64,000 nucleotides of DNA, from sequence record OP292222.1; one strand, written 5' to 3'. This stretch comes from Escherichia phage Esco_phi_B-01. The notes beneath the pieces are model-generated. The model was not told where the DNA came from, searched no databases, and worked only from the letters and a program-made list of their open reading frames with translations. The translations under genes and the position numbers were made by a program. Of the stretch, positions 45,828-55,273 are shown one piece after another; positions within the stretch are counted from its first letter, which is position 1, and each line of letters starts with the position of its first letter.

Positions 45828-45848
45828 AAGGGCCGCAAGGCCCTTTTC
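45828..45848 (+). terminator. rho-independent terminator (gggcc-gcaa-ggccc + T4)
   Basis: stem-loop + T-run. Confidence 0.65.
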
Positions 45849-45899
45849 GGGGTTTACAACAGATTAAAAGTGTGATACGATTCTCTAAGAGGTGAGAAT

Positions 45900-46223
45900 A
45901 TGATTATGCAAGATAATAGTATAGTGAACACTGATAACTTGGCTTTGTCTTTTATGGAGACCGCAATTCGCAATTGTAAAGACGAAGGAGTCGTGATTAC
46001 AAGTGGCAAGGGACTAGAATATCTTAAGGCTGTAAAATCTATTGCCTTAAAGATTAAAGATAACCAGGCGCTCTCTCCTGTTGTCCAGGAAAAGGTTCTG
46101 GAGATATTGTATCGCCACAGAGAGCACAAAAGTACAATGGGTTCTATGAGAAGAATTCTGGCTGAACTGGGTTCTACCAGAGAATATGTTCAACATGAGG
46201 TAGTTAAAAATGACAAACTTTAA
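45900..46223 (+). CDS. hypothetical protein (107 aa)
   Basis: ORF upstream of rIIA. Confidence 0.5.
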   Translation: MIMQDNSIVNTDNLALSFMETAIRNCKDEGVVITSGKGLEYLKAVKSIALKIKDNQALSPVVQEKVLEILYRHREHKSTMGSMRRILAELGSTREYVQHEVVKNDKL

Positions 46224-46413
46224 AGTCAACATTGATTTGTTTGATAAAGCTGTCCACAAAGAATTCCGGCTAATCCAGAGATTTTTTGATATCAATGCAG
46301 CTGAAGATTTTAAAGAACGCTTTAAAGAAATCAGATATAAAATACTCAACGACATCGCTACTAAGGAAGAGCTCCTTGAAGTAGCAGATATTTTTAAACG
46401 TAACCTGAATTGA
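46210..46413 (+). CDS. hypothetical protein (67 aa)
   Basis: ORF. Confidence 0.45.
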   Translation: MTNFKVNIDLFDKAVHKEFRLIQRFFDINAAEDFKERFKEIRYKILNDIATKEELLEVADIFKRNLN

Positions 46414-46420
46414 GAAAAAT

Positions 46421-48631
46421 ATGATTATTGAAACCGAAAAAGAACAAATCATTGGCAACGGCTCTAAGTCCACAGGATTTACTATCCAGGCCTCGCCTAA
46501 GGTCTTTAAAATTCTTTCATCAGACCTTTATAGTAATAAGGTACGTGCTGTAGTTCGTGAACTAATTACCAACATGATTGATGCTCATATTCTGAATGGT
46601 AATAAAGAACGTTGGAAAGTACAGGTTCCTGGTAAGCTCGACCCTCGCTTTGTGTGCCGTGATTTCGGACCAGGCATGAGTGATTTCCAGATTCGTGGTG
46701 ATGAAAACGAAACCGGTTTGTATAACTCTTATTTCGCATCATCCAAAACCGCTTCTAACGATTTCATTGGTGGCTTTGGCCTTGGTTCTAAATCTCCGTT
46801 CAGTTATACAGAAACGTTTAATATTACCTCATGGCACAATGGTGAAGTTCGCGGATATGTAGCTTATATGGATGGCGATGGTCCACAGATTAAACCTACT
46901 TTCGTAGAACCTATGCAGCCAGGTGATAAAACAGGTATCGAAATCACGGTTCCTGTCGATGAAGAAGATTTCCGTAAGTTTGAAACTGAAGTTCGATATA
47001 TCATGCGTCCGTTCATTGGACTCGGCGATGTTGACGGTGTTGAAGTTGATTATTTCCCTGAATTTGATGACTACTATGCTGTAACAGATACAGGTTACAG
47101 AGATTTCGAACGTTCAGGACTTTATGCTGTTTATGGCGGTATTGTTTATCCATTGGATTCTGCTTATAATAAAGGCACATGGATGCGTACTCGCCATGAT
47201 GTAGTTTATATTAAGTTCCCTATGGGCTCGCTGGATATTGCTCCGTCTCGTGAAGTGTTGTCTCTTGATAAACGTACGATGGAAAATATTGCAACCCGTA
47301 TCGAAGCACTGGATGCAGTGGTCTTTAAAAACGATACACAAGAATGGGTTGAATCTGATAATCCACGCCATGTTTATCGCGACCTTTCTAACCTTGGTTA
47401 CAGTGCTCGTGACTATCTTACCAAAAAAGGTGGGACTAGCCTGTTTACTACAGAAAAATTGACATACGAGAAATTGTACCAACGTTATACACTTCAAAAC
47501 GACCTTATTAATTTGGGTGTTGTTTACGAAATCGTTTCAGACCCACGTTTGAAACGAATTAAGCCGAGTGGTAATACTTCTTCGGTGGCAGGACTTAGTA
47601 GCCTATTAGGCATTAATAATAAAGAAATCCATATTGTTTATGATGATGAAAAGGGTCGTGTGCCACTAGTTCGAGGACTTTGGGCTCTAGCAATGGACAA
47701 CAGTGCTTCGGCTAAGAAAATTGTTAAAGAGAACAATATTCCTAAATACGGAACTGACCTTATTTTCGTCGACCCAAATTCAATGCTGCAAATGCAACAA
47801 CTTGAAAAGGTTAAAGAACTTTTTAAAGGTGATACTATTCATTTTTATAAAGTCTCTGAACTGAATAAAATTGTTAAGCCATGGATTCCGGTTACTGTTC
47901 GTTCATCCGAACCTCGTCCTAAAACACCAAGTGCTTATCGTTGGTTCATTAAAGACGGGCGTTGGCAACAAGAGACCTTATACTTAACTGCTGCAGAAGC
48001 AGAAGAAATTACAGGGTACGTATTGTTTGGTAGTCGTTCTGATATCATGGGAATGGATGAAGCTTATGGTATCTTTGACATCAACACCACTACCATGTGT
48101 CGTATGGCTAATTTGATTGGTGCTACCGAATTCCATATCATTCGCCCTCAGATTGCCAAAAAGATTAAAAAGTTAGGCCAATGTGAATGCTTGATGGAAA
48201 CCACGTTGGAAGCTTATGCCGAAGCACTAGATGCTGTAGATATTGATGAATATATTGGTAGTAATACCCGTGCAAGGTATTATCTTGAAATCATTGCTAA
48301 GTTCCCTGAGCTTGGTTTTATGACCAAATATTTCAGTGATAAGCCGGTGTCTGAAGCATATACTCGTCTGAGTAATTTCTATGATATATTCCGTTATATG
48401 AATTTCCATGGGTATATCACTGATGACAAACTTTCTGTTATCAAGAAAATCTGTAACACGACGTTCAATACGTTAACCAATAATGCTTCAAGTAACAATG
48501 ATAAAATGACTGTACAGTTTGAATCCGATTACCATTTAGTTTCGGACTACATGTATCGTCGTGGAACATCCATTACCGAGGCTTCTGTAGCTCAAATCGT
48601 TAAATTCATGAAAGCCGTGGAAGCGGCTTAA
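46421..48631 (+). CDS. rIIA: rIIA protein (GHKL-type ATPase domain)
   Basis: size, N-box-like ELITNMIDAH, adjacency to rIIB and gene 39 as in T4. Confidence 0.85.
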   Translation: MIIETEKEQIIGNGSKSTGFTIQASPKVFKILSSDLYSNKVRAVVRELITNMIDAHILNGNKERWKVQVPGKLDPRFVCRDFGPGMSDFQIRGDENETGLYNSYFASSKTASNDFIGGFGLGSKSPFSYTETFNITSWHNGEVRGYVAYMDGDGPQIKPTFVEPMQPGDKTGIEITVPVDEEDFRKFETEVRYIMRPFIGLGDVDGVEVDYFPEFDDYYAVTDTGYRDFERSGLYAVYGGIVYPLDSAYNKGTWMRTRHDVVYIKFPMGSLDIAPSREVLSLDKRTMENIATRIEALDAVVFKNDTQEWVESDNPRHVYRDLSNLGYSARDYLTKKGGTSLFTTEKLTYEKLYQRYTLQNDLINLGVVYEIVSDPRLKRIKPSGNTSSVAGLSSLLGINNKEIHIVYDDEKGRVPLVRGLWALAMDNSASAKKIVKENNIPKYGTDLIFVDPNSMLQMQQLEKVKELFKGDTIHFYKVSELNKIVKPWIPVTVRSSEPRPKTPSAYRWFIKDGRWQQETLYLTAAEAEEITGYVLFGSRSDIMGMDEAYGIFDINTTTMCRMANLIGATEFHIIRPQIAKKIKKLGQCECLMETTLEAYAEALDAVDIDEYIGSNTRARYYLEIIAKFPELGFMTKYFSDKPVSEAYTRLSNFYDIFRYMNFHGYITDDKLSVIKKICNTTFNTLTNNASSNNDKMTVQFESDYHLVSDYMYRRGTSITEASVAQIVKFMKAVEAA

Positions 48632-48645
48632 TCTAAGGAAATATT

Positions 48646-49611
48646 ATGTACAATATTAAATGTGTCTCTGAATACGAACAAACCTTAATTACTTCTATGT
48701 ATGCTTCAGGTAATTATACCCAATCTGAACTGGCCGAAGATTTTGGTATCTCGGTTGATACGGTCCGTAAAGTTCTAAAAAATGCTGAAGAAGCTAAACG
48801 TTCACAAGTGGTTATTACTGGAAATATCAAAGTAACGGTTCCTAACGAGCCTCGTGTAGTTCCGGTTGAAGTTACTATTGGTGGCTCTCGTCCAGAAATT
48901 ATCTGGAACGCGAGTTCTAAATTCGTATCCATCACTGAAGGTCGTACAGTATGGAATACTACTAATAAGAACAAACACTTTGATGCCATCGTACAGGCCC
49001 TTAAAGAATCCCGTTTTGATGATGCGATTAAACTGATTTCCATTAAAGAAGCTGTTAAGGCTTTCGTTAAAGGTAACGTTCGTATTGAAGGTGGACGTCT
49101 GGTTTATCAAGGTATCGAATTGCGTTCAGGCTTGATTGACCGTATTATCACCTCAATGGAAAATGGCGAAGATTTTGAATTCTACCTGCCGTTCCTTGAG
49201 AATCTGTTAGAAAACCCAAGCGAAAAAGCTGTACAGCGTCTGTTCGACTTCCTGGTCGCGAACGATATCAAAATCACTGAAGACGGCCACTTTATCGCAT
49301 GGAAAGTTGTTAACTCAGATTACACCGACTGCCGTACCGGTACGTTTGATAACTCGCCAGGTAAGCCAGTTAAAATGCCTCGTTCGCGTGTAAATGACGA
49401 TGATGAAGTAACTTGTTCAAGTGGTCTGCACGTTTGCTCTCGTAGCTATATCGGTCATTTTGGTAACTCAAGCTGTAAAGTAGTTTCATGTAAAGTTAAC
49501 CCACGTGATGTTGTTAGTATCCCAGTTGATTATGGTGATGCTAAAATGCGTGTGTGTTATTATGAAGTTCTGGAAGACGTCACTGAACAGTTCGCAAACG
49601 AATACAAATAA
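48646..49611 (+). CDS. rIIB: rIIB protein
   Basis: size and position immediately after rIIA. Confidence 0.8.
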   Translation: MYNIKCVSEYEQTLITSMYASGNYTQSELAEDFGISVDTVRKVLKNAEEAKRSQVVITGNIKVTVPNEPRVVPVEVTIGGSRPEIIWNASSKFVSITEGRTVWNTTNKNKHFDAIVQALKESRFDDAIKLISIKEAVKAFVKGNVRIEGGRLVYQGIELRSGLIDRIITSMENGEDFEFYLPFLENLLENPSEKAVQRLFDFLVANDIKITEDGHFIAWKVVNSDYTDCRTGTFDNSPGKPVKMPRSRVNDDDEVTCSSGLHVCSRSYIGHFGNSSCKVVSCKVNPRDVVSIPVDYGDAKMRVCYYEVLEDVTEQFANEYK

Positions 49612-49618
49612 ACTAAAT

Positions 49619-49634
49619 GGAGGCTTCGGCCTCC
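49619..49634 (+). promoter_or_regulatory. RNA hairpin with UUCG loop (ggaggc-ttcg-gcctcc) after rIIB, no T-run
   Basis: inverted repeat. Confidence 0.4.
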
Positions 49635-49646
49635 TAAGAGGAAATT

Positions 49647-49844
49647 ATGTTAGATTACCAAGCACGTGTAATTGATGAATATGCCCAACTGGTCCTGAAA
49701 ATTAATGCACTAGAAACCTTTATTAAAGGCGGTGTTTTTGAAACTCTTGATATCCGTCAACAAGGGTTACTTATTGCACAACTGGACGCGATGGGTGCAT
49801 ACGCTCATTGTTTAGAGGTTCGTATTTCTTATTTCGGTGAGTAA
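49647..49844 (+). CDS. hypothetical protein (65 aa)
   Basis: ORF with SD aagagga. Confidence 0.5.
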   Translation: MLDYQARVIDEYAQLVLKINALETFIKGGVFETLDIRQQGLLIAQLDAMGAYAHCLEVRISYFGE

Positions 49845-49845
49845 A

Positions 49846-50163
49846 ATGATTAATTTCATGAACGTCGGCGACGAAGATATCAAAGATAGTTATCTCCAAG
49901 GTAATCATGTGGCCGATAAGGTTTATTGTGTAGATGTAATCAAATCTGATAAAGCTACAGGCCATCTTTTTGCAACAGATGTGATTTTCGATTCAGTTGA
50001 AAACCTTAAAAAATTAGACCACAGTAAATTGAGTGAAAACTCTCGTATCTATTTTGGTAATGTTCACGTCGAAGAATTGTATATTGGTGGCGATTATGAA
50101 TCCGTCAAATCCGGGACTAGTTCGACTGTCGAAGATGCCGACATTTACCCTGAAGACATCTGA
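49846..50163 (+). CDS. hypothetical acidic protein (105 aa)
   Basis: ORF. Confidence 0.5.
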   Translation: MINFMNVGDEDIKDSYLQGNHVADKVYCVDVIKSDKATGHLFATDVIFDSVENLKKLDHSKLSENSRIYFGNVHVEELYIGGDYESVKSGTSSTVEDADIYPEDI

Positions 50164-50176
50164 TTTAACGGGTGAA

Positions 50177-50653
50177 ATGAAGGTCAAGATTAAGGATACC
50201 GTATTGTATTCCTTAAGCCAAGACCCGTCCCAAGATAAGAAAGAAGTATTGACTCGGTGTGTTATTGCAACGTATGCAGAGTACATGGTTGCTGATTGGT
50301 TGAAAGGATACGTCAACAGTGGTCTGGAAGACCATGACGACCCTTATACCTACGCCTGGGATGTTTTAGCCCATCCTATGTACTGTGGACTACGTGTAGA
50401 GGTCAAGACCCACCAATCTGATTCTAAGTGGATTTCCTGCACTACAGGATACTCGGGTGACTTCCCTTATGGAACAGGGATAAACCTAGGACCGCTCTTG
50501 AATCATAAAGTTGCAGACTGTATAATTATATTCGACACTTCAGTAAATGAGGCAGGCGACGTCCTGTTCACTCCTAAGTTCTCTGGTGACAGAGAATCCA
50601 TCAAAAAGCTAGTCCGTAAGAGTAATTACAACGGCTGGTATCTCGCCTTATAA
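50177..50653 (+). CDS. hypothetical protein (158 aa); occupies region where T4 has denB but no motif support
   Basis: internal ATG of track ORF 50033..50653. Confidence 0.45.
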   Translation: MKVKIKDTVLYSLSQDPSQDKKEVLTRCVIATYAEYMVADWLKGYVNSGLEDHDDPYTYAWDVLAHPMYCGLRVEVKTHQSDSKWISCTTGYSGDFPYGTGINLGPLLNHKVADCIIIFDTSVNEAGDVLFTPKFSGDRESIKKLVRKSNYNGWYLAL

Positions 50654-50666
50654 TTTTAAAATAAGT

Positions 50667-50696
50667 GTTTACATACGCCATGGATGGTGTTACTAT
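50667..50696 (+). promoter_or_regulatory. early promoter, PeSL-like
   Basis: motif. Confidence 0.55.
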
Positions 50697-50727
50697 CTTC
50701 CTATCAACTACATGAGAGGAAAACAAA

Positions 50728-50988
50728 ATGGATATCAAATTATATTACGCTAAACACAAAGTTACGGGTAAAGTTGTTGCCGCAATGTATGATGCATCAG
50801 GTGAAGATGTTATTACGGAATTATCCCTTTCTAATTGTAGATTTCTTCGTCCTTTGATAGCGTCAAAAAAAGATTTACAAAAACTTATCGACGGTAAATT
50901 AGATAATGTCGATGGTATAGATATCCATTATGAACTCCGCCATGCACTGAATGATGGGTTTATGGAAATAAAAGAGATAGTATTATGA
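50728..50988 (+). CDS. hypothetical protein (86 aa)
   Basis: ORF with SD gagagga. Confidence 0.5.
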   Translation: MDIKLYYAKHKVTGKVVAAMYDASGEDVITELSLSNCRFLRPLIASKKDLQKLIDGKLDNVDGIDIHYELRHALNDGFMEIKEIVL

Positions 50989-51203
50989 GTAGCAAAACCT
51001 GGTGCTTTATTTGGATGACTTGTATTCCAATTATTTGTATATGTTTTAGTTTAATTATAATTTTATAATGAGGATTTATGTATATACATAAATTTGGTAA
51101 AGATAAGTTCGGCAACTGGTTAGTTATGCGCGATTACATTTTTGAGTGCCAGGCCTTAAACGCCCAAAGAATTTACGGTGGTATAATAGAATATTACGAA
51201 AAA

Positions 51204-51233
51204 CGATAAATCAGTATACATCTCCATTAGACA
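51204..51233 (+). promoter_or_regulatory. PeSL-like cassette with degenerate -35 (GTATAC) in perfect 12-bp inverted repeat catctccattag/ctaatggagatg
   Basis: motif; repeat family. Confidence 0.5.
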
Positions 51234-51268
51234 TGATACTATAGACCTATCAACTAATGGAGATGATT

Positions 51269-51379
51269 ATGAAAAACTTACTTAAAGCAATTTGGAACAT
51301 GTTTGTGTTATTGGTTGTATTGAGCATTTTCCCAATAGTTTTTATGATTGACCACGTACGTGTATTCTTTAACTTCTGA
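51269..51379 (+). CDS. small membrane peptide (36 aa)
   Basis: hydrophobic ORF after PeSL. Confidence 0.35.
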   Translation: MKNLLKAIWNMFVLLVVLSIFPIVFMIDHVRVFFNF

Positions 51380-51389
51380 GGAAAATATT

Positions 51390-51536
51390 ATGGGTAATCG
51401 AATTTATAAAGTAAAGCTGCACGGTAAAGTGATTACTACCGTTAGCTTTAATTTTTATATCAGCGCTGACTGCGCCCGCGATATCCTCATCGAGGAAGGA
51501 TATAGCGAATACATCCAAATTGAAGAAGTTCTTTAA
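51390..51536 (+). CDS. hypothetical small protein (48 aa)
   Basis: RBS ctGAGGAAAatattATG. Confidence 0.45.
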   Translation: MGNRIYKVKLHGKVITTVSFNFYISADCARDILIEEGYSEYIQIEEVL

Positions 51537-51552
51537 TTCTGAGGAAAATATT

Positions 51553-51777
51553 ATGAAACTTTTTAAAGATATCGCAGTTGGTGAAAAATTTGTCTTAGGT
51601 AATGGTCAACAATTGATTCGTATTTCTCCTTTAATGGATAATAGCGAGCGGCCTATTCGTACTGAAAACTGTTTGGATTATCCTTTTTATCAAAAGCGTT
51701 TTGCTATTGAAAATAATACCGAGTGTTTCACGGTTGATGAACTGATGGAATTATCAGAAGAAGTCGACTCTGAATAA
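51553..51777 (+). CDS. hypothetical protein (74 aa)
   Basis: RBS ctGAGGAAAatattATG. Confidence 0.5.
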   Translation: MKLFKDIAVGEKFVLGNGQQLIRISPLMDNSERPIRTENCLDYPFYQKRFAIENNTECFTVDELMELSEEVDSE

Positions 51778-51791
51778 TTGAGGAAATTATC

Positions 51792-52136
51792 ATGTCTAAA
51801 GTATTTTTTGGTAATGCTAAGATTATGTTCTTTGAGCAACTCAGTCTTAAAGAGGCATTGGCAGCCTTCAATCAAGAACTGGTTACTGGGTTAGATTCAA
51901 AAACTATGGCAAGCGCGGATTTCGTTTTCGTTCAAGACCCGGATACAGGGTTTTATCGATTCATCAAATTCCGTATGAGCATGGACCCTGACTATCGTAG
52001 TGCTTACTATGTGAGTTACGAAAATGTTATCAAAGAATTACGTGATACCTATGGACGTGCTTTGAACCCACTGAATAAGGTATATAATGCGTCCTTTTAT
52101 ACGAGCGGATTTATTTTAGAACAGCTACAAAAATAG
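51792..52136 (+). CDS. hypothetical protein (114 aa)
   Basis: RBS tGAGGAAAttatcATG. Confidence 0.55.
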   Translation: MSKVFFGNAKIMFFEQLSLKEALAAFNQELVTGLDSKTMASADFVFVQDPDTGFYRFIKFRMSMDPDYRSAYYVSYENVIKELRDTYGRALNPLNKVYNASFYTSGFILEQLQK

Positions 52137-52164
52137 TTTACAACCTCGAGAATCATGTTATAAT
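52136..52164 (+). promoter_or_regulatory. early promoter (GTTTAC, 17 bp, TATAAT)
   Basis: motif. Confidence 0.6.
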
Positions 52165-52213
52165 GGTTCTCGTTGACTGGATAACAAAACATTAATCTAC
52201 TGAGGAAATTGAT

Positions 52214-52663
52214 ATGAATACTTATATGACTCGCGGTAACGTTCTGTCTGCTGGTGCTACTACTGTTGCTTATGTTAAGAATGGCGAATACCAAAATGGT
52301 AAGCCTTCTAAAGAAATCTCAGCTCAGCCAGGCTTCTACTTCTTTGTTAAAGGTGAAGCAGATTCTCGTGTCGTAGCCGCTCGCTTTTATGTCGGTAACC
52401 AACGTTCAGCTCAAGGTCTTGATGGTATTGTGGCTAACATCCGTAAGAAACGTTCTCAATCAGCTCGCACTATGGCAGTGAATGGTGTGGTGTATGAAGT
52501 TCTTTATGTGCCAGCTTCTAAAATGAAACCTCTGACTACAGGCTTTGGTAAAGGTCAAATTGCAATGGTTTTCACTCGCAATCATAGTTCAGACCTTCAG
52601 ACACTGGAAGAAATGAACCGTATGTTGGCCGATAACTTCAAATTCGTTCTGCAGGCTTACTAA
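52214..52663 (+). CDS. ndd: nucleoid disruption protein Ndd
   Basis: strong similarity recalled to T4 Ndd ([43 protein letters not shown]). Confidence 0.9.
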   Translation: MNTYMTRGNVLSAGATTVAYVKNGEYQNGKPSKEISAQPGFYFFVKGEADSRVVAARFYVGNQRSAQGLDGIVANIRKKRSQSARTMAVNGVVYEVLYVPASKMKPLTTGFGKGQIAMVFTRNHSSDLQTLEEMNRMLADNFKFVLQAY

Positions 52664-52750
52664 TGAGTAATTTCCATAACGAACATGTGATGCAATGGCA
52701 CCGTCATAATCTGAAATTAACCGGTGTCTTCGGACGCCCTTGAGGAAAAT

Positions 52751-52900
52751 ATGAATATTTTACAAGGTTTTGCTGCGGGTATTTGGACTTATCTAGGTAT
52801 TTGGACTATTACGACGGGTGAAACTTCGGTCATTTCTCAGGCCATTCCACAATTCATATTGGCATTTGTTCTGATTCTACAGGCCTTTACCAAAAAATGA
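52751..52900 (+). CDS. small membrane protein (49 aa), copy 1 of duplicated module
   Basis: hydrophobic ORF; RBS tGAGGAAAatATG preceded by UUCG hairpin. Confidence 0.45.
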   Translation: MNILQGFAAGIWTYLGIWTITTGETSVISQAIPQFILAFVLILQAFTKK

Positions 52901-53045
52901 TTAAGAAATCTTGGGTTACTCGGTAGCCCTTTCTTCTTTATTGGTAACACTGTATTACGGAGTAATTCCCATAACGAACATGTGATGCAGTTCTATCGTA
53001 ACAATCTTAAAACTAAAGGCGTCTTCGGACGCTAATGAGGAAAAT

Positions 53046-53207
53046 ATGATTATCATAGTTTTTATTGAACTTATTACGGCTATAGTCTGTTCGGTTTGCT
53101 TCTTTTTAGGTGTGTGGACCCCTGGTCCGGTATTCTTAAGTTTTCTGTTTATTGGCTGGGTTCTTTCTACTTTTGTCGGTTTACTTAAGATGATTAAAAA
53201 TGATTAA
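53046..53207 (+). CDS. small membrane protein (53 aa), copy 2 of duplicated module
   Basis: hydrophobic ORF; same leader architecture as copy 1. Confidence 0.45.
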   Translation: MIIIVFIELITAIVCSVCFFLGVWTPGPVFLSFLFIGWVLSTFVGLLKMIKND

Positions 53208-53340
53208 GAAAATCTTGGGCTACTCGGTAGCCCTTGCTGCTTTATTGGTAGCACTGTATTATGGAGTAATATTCGGTCTTATCCAAGTTGTGCTTTTTAT
53301 TTCCGATGTTATTATGGTTATTCATTCACTAGTATGGTAA
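53200..53340 (+). CDS. small membrane peptide (46 aa); counterpart in copy 1 is frameshifted
   Basis: [19 protein letters not shown]...; homologous DNA at 52897..52960 truncated after 9 codons. Confidence 0.35.
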   Translation: MIKKILGYSVALAALLVALYYGVIFGLIQVVLFISDVIMVIHSLVW

Positions 53341-53344
53341 AATT

Positions 53345-54724
53345 ATGGCTGATGTAATTGATACCCTTTTTAAACAATCCTTAGATGTTTACGATGATGC
53401 TTTTACTCGTCGTGACTTAAAAAGCATTATCGACAATGAAGCGCTGGCTTACGCAATGTATACTGTCGAAAACCGCGCCATTCCAAATATGATTGATGGC
53501 TTTAAACCCGTACAACGTTTTGTAGTTGCTCGTTGTCTTGATATGGCTCGTGGTAATAAAGAAAAATTCCACAAATTAGCTTCTATTGCAGGTGGTGTAG
53601 CCGACCTTGGATATCACCATGGTGAAGGCTCTGCTCAAGAAGCAGGTGCTCTGATGGCTAACACTTGGAACAACAACTTCCCACTGTTGGATGGCCAGGG
53701 TAACTTTGGTTCTCGATTGGTTCAAAAAGCAGCGGCATCTCGTTATATTTTTGCACGTATTGGAACTAATTTCGCAAAGGTTTATAAGGATACAGAATAT
53801 GCTCCGGTTCATGCGGATGTCGAACATAAGCCACCAGCTTTTTATCTGCCTATTATTCCTACTGTTCTTCTTAATGGTATTTCCGGTATTGCAACTGGTT
53901 ATGCAACTAATATTCTTCCTCATAGTTTTGATTCTGTTAAGAAAGCTGTATTGCAGGTTCTTCAAGAAAAACGCGTAACCAAGCCTAAGGTGGCTTATCC
54001 GGAATTCCGTGGTGATGTGGTTGAGATTGAACCAGGTAGTTATGAACTACGAGGCACGTATAAGTTCACATCTCGAACCCAAATGCATATCACAGAAATC
54101 CCGTACAAATACGACCGTGAAACGTATGTGGCCAAGGTATTAGACCCTCTAGAAGACAAAGGGTATATCACATATGATGACGATTGTGACGAGAATGGTT
54201 TCGGCTTCAAGGTTAAGATTCGTAAAGAATATGAATTGCCTACTGAAGAAAATAAGAAGCACGAAAAAATCATGAAGGACTTTGGGTTAATCGAACGCCG
54301 TTCACAAAACCTGACTGTCATTAATGAGAAAGGTAAACTTAAGGTTTACGAAGATGCAGTTGAACTGATTCGTGATTTCGTTGAGGTCCGTAAGACCTTT
54401 GTACAAAAACGTATTGATGGTAAAATCATCGAAACCGAAGAAGCTTTCAAACTGGCATTGGCTAAAGCCACCTTTATCAAAGATGTTATTGATGGAATTG
54501 TGGTTATCCAAGGTAAGACTCGTAAGGTTTTAACCGAAGAATTGGCTGGTAATAAAGTCTACGGCGAATATGCCGATAAACTCGTAGCAATGAATATTTT
54601 CCATATCACTTCCGATGAAGCTAAGAAACTGGCTTTGGAAGCCAAGGCTAAGAAAGAAGAGCACCAATACTGGAAAACCACTGATGTTGTAACTGAGTAT
54701 GTTAAAGATTTGGAGGCTCTATGA
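53345..54724 (+). CDS. 52: DNA topoisomerase II medium subunit gp52 (GyrA-like)
   Basis: similarity recalled to T4 gp52 N-terminus; IDGFKPVQRF GyrA-like motif. Confidence 0.9.
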   Translation: MADVIDTLFKQSLDVYDDAFTRRDLKSIIDNEALAYAMYTVENRAIPNMIDGFKPVQRFVVARCLDMARGNKEKFHKLASIAGGVADLGYHHGEGSAQEAGALMANTWNNNFPLLDGQGNFGSRLVQKAAASRYIFARIGTNFAKVYKDTEYAPVHADVEHKPPAFYLPIIPTVLLNGISGIATGYATNILPHSFDSVKKAVLQVLQEKRVTKPKVAYPEFRGDVVEIEPGSYELRGTYKFTSRTQMHITEIPYKYDRETYVAKVLDPLEDKGYITYDDDCDENGFGFKVKIRKEYELPTEENKKHEKIMKDFGLIERRSQNLTVINEKGKLKVYEDAVELIRDFVEVRKTFVQKRIDGKIIETEEAFKLALAKATFIKDVIDGIVVIQGKTRKVLTEELAGNKVYGEYADKLVAMNIFHITSDEAKKLALEAKAKKEEHQYWKTTDVVTEYVKDLEAL

Positions 54725-54825
54725 GCCTTGGAGTCGAGTTCTTGTTACTCTGTATCTTTGCTGTTATCCTAGGCCTGGCAACAGGCTTAGCTATAGGTTT
54801 AATAGCGGCTCACTTTAAAAAGTAA
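54721..54825 (+). CDS. small membrane peptide (34 aa)
   Basis: ATGA overlap with gene 52 stop; hydrophobic. Confidence 0.35.
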   Translation: MSLGVEFLLLCIFAVILGLATGLAIGLIAAHFKK

Positions 54826-54848
54826 GGAACCTTCGGGTTCCTTTTTTG
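54824..54848 (+). terminator. rho-independent terminator (aggaacc-ttcg-ggttcct + T6)
   Basis: stem-loop + T-run. Confidence 0.75.
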
Positions 54849-54866
54849 GGTTTAGTGCAAAAAAGT

Positions 54867-54895
54867 GTTTACATCTGCTTTAAACATGATACTAT
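54867..54895 (+). promoter_or_regulatory. early promoter, PeSL-like
   Basis: motif; repeat family. Confidence 0.6.
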
Positions 54896-54943
54896 AGACC
54901 TATCAAATAAATGAACTGAAACAAACAACCCGGAGATACAAAA

Positions 54944-55171
54944 ATGAAATTTAAAATCGAAAACGAAATCGTTAAAGCTAAAAATGCTCTGACTGCTAAC
55001 AAACTGGTTGTAGATGGTATTGAATATGATATCTGTGGAGTTCGTGAAGAAAAACCCGGTGTTCTGACTTTCTTCACAATGATTTTTAAATTTAAAGGTG
55101 TCACAGAATTCAAACAGTTTGATTTTGCCCCTGAAGACGAAATCGAAGTTCGTAATCTGAACATTAAGTAA
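54944..55171 (+). CDS. hypothetical protein (75 aa)
   Basis: ORF after PeSL. Confidence 0.5.
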   Translation: MKFKIENEIVKAKNALTANKLVVDGIEYDICGVREEKPGVLTFFTMIFKFKGVTEFKQFDFAPEDEIEVRNLNIK

Positions 55172-55210
55172 GTACTTTATTAGAGCTCTTGAAAAAGAGC
55201 TCAAAATAAA

Positions 55211-55239
55211 GTTTACTTCTGCTTTAAACATGATACTAT
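55211..55239 (+). promoter_or_regulatory. early promoter, PeSL-like
   Basis: motif; near-identical to 54867 copy. Confidence 0.6.
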
Positions 55240-55273
55240 AGACCTATCAAATAAATGGTTATCGGAGATTAAA

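Noticed and set aside
55183-55202. Hairpin gagctctt-gaaa-aagagctc as a terminator
   Set aside because: Followed by an A-rich rather than T-rich tract on the plus strand, and no T-run on the minus strand either
54869-55231. Minus-strand 120-aa ORF
   Set aside because: Covers two PeSL promoters and a plus-strand ORF; low-complexity; no RBS
986-55239. Repeated ~26-bp sequence as a CRISPR array or transposon terminal repeats
   Set aside because: Copies are dispersed, each sits at GTTTAC/-10 promoter spacing directly upstream of a gene start, and there are no regular spacers; they are promoter cassettes
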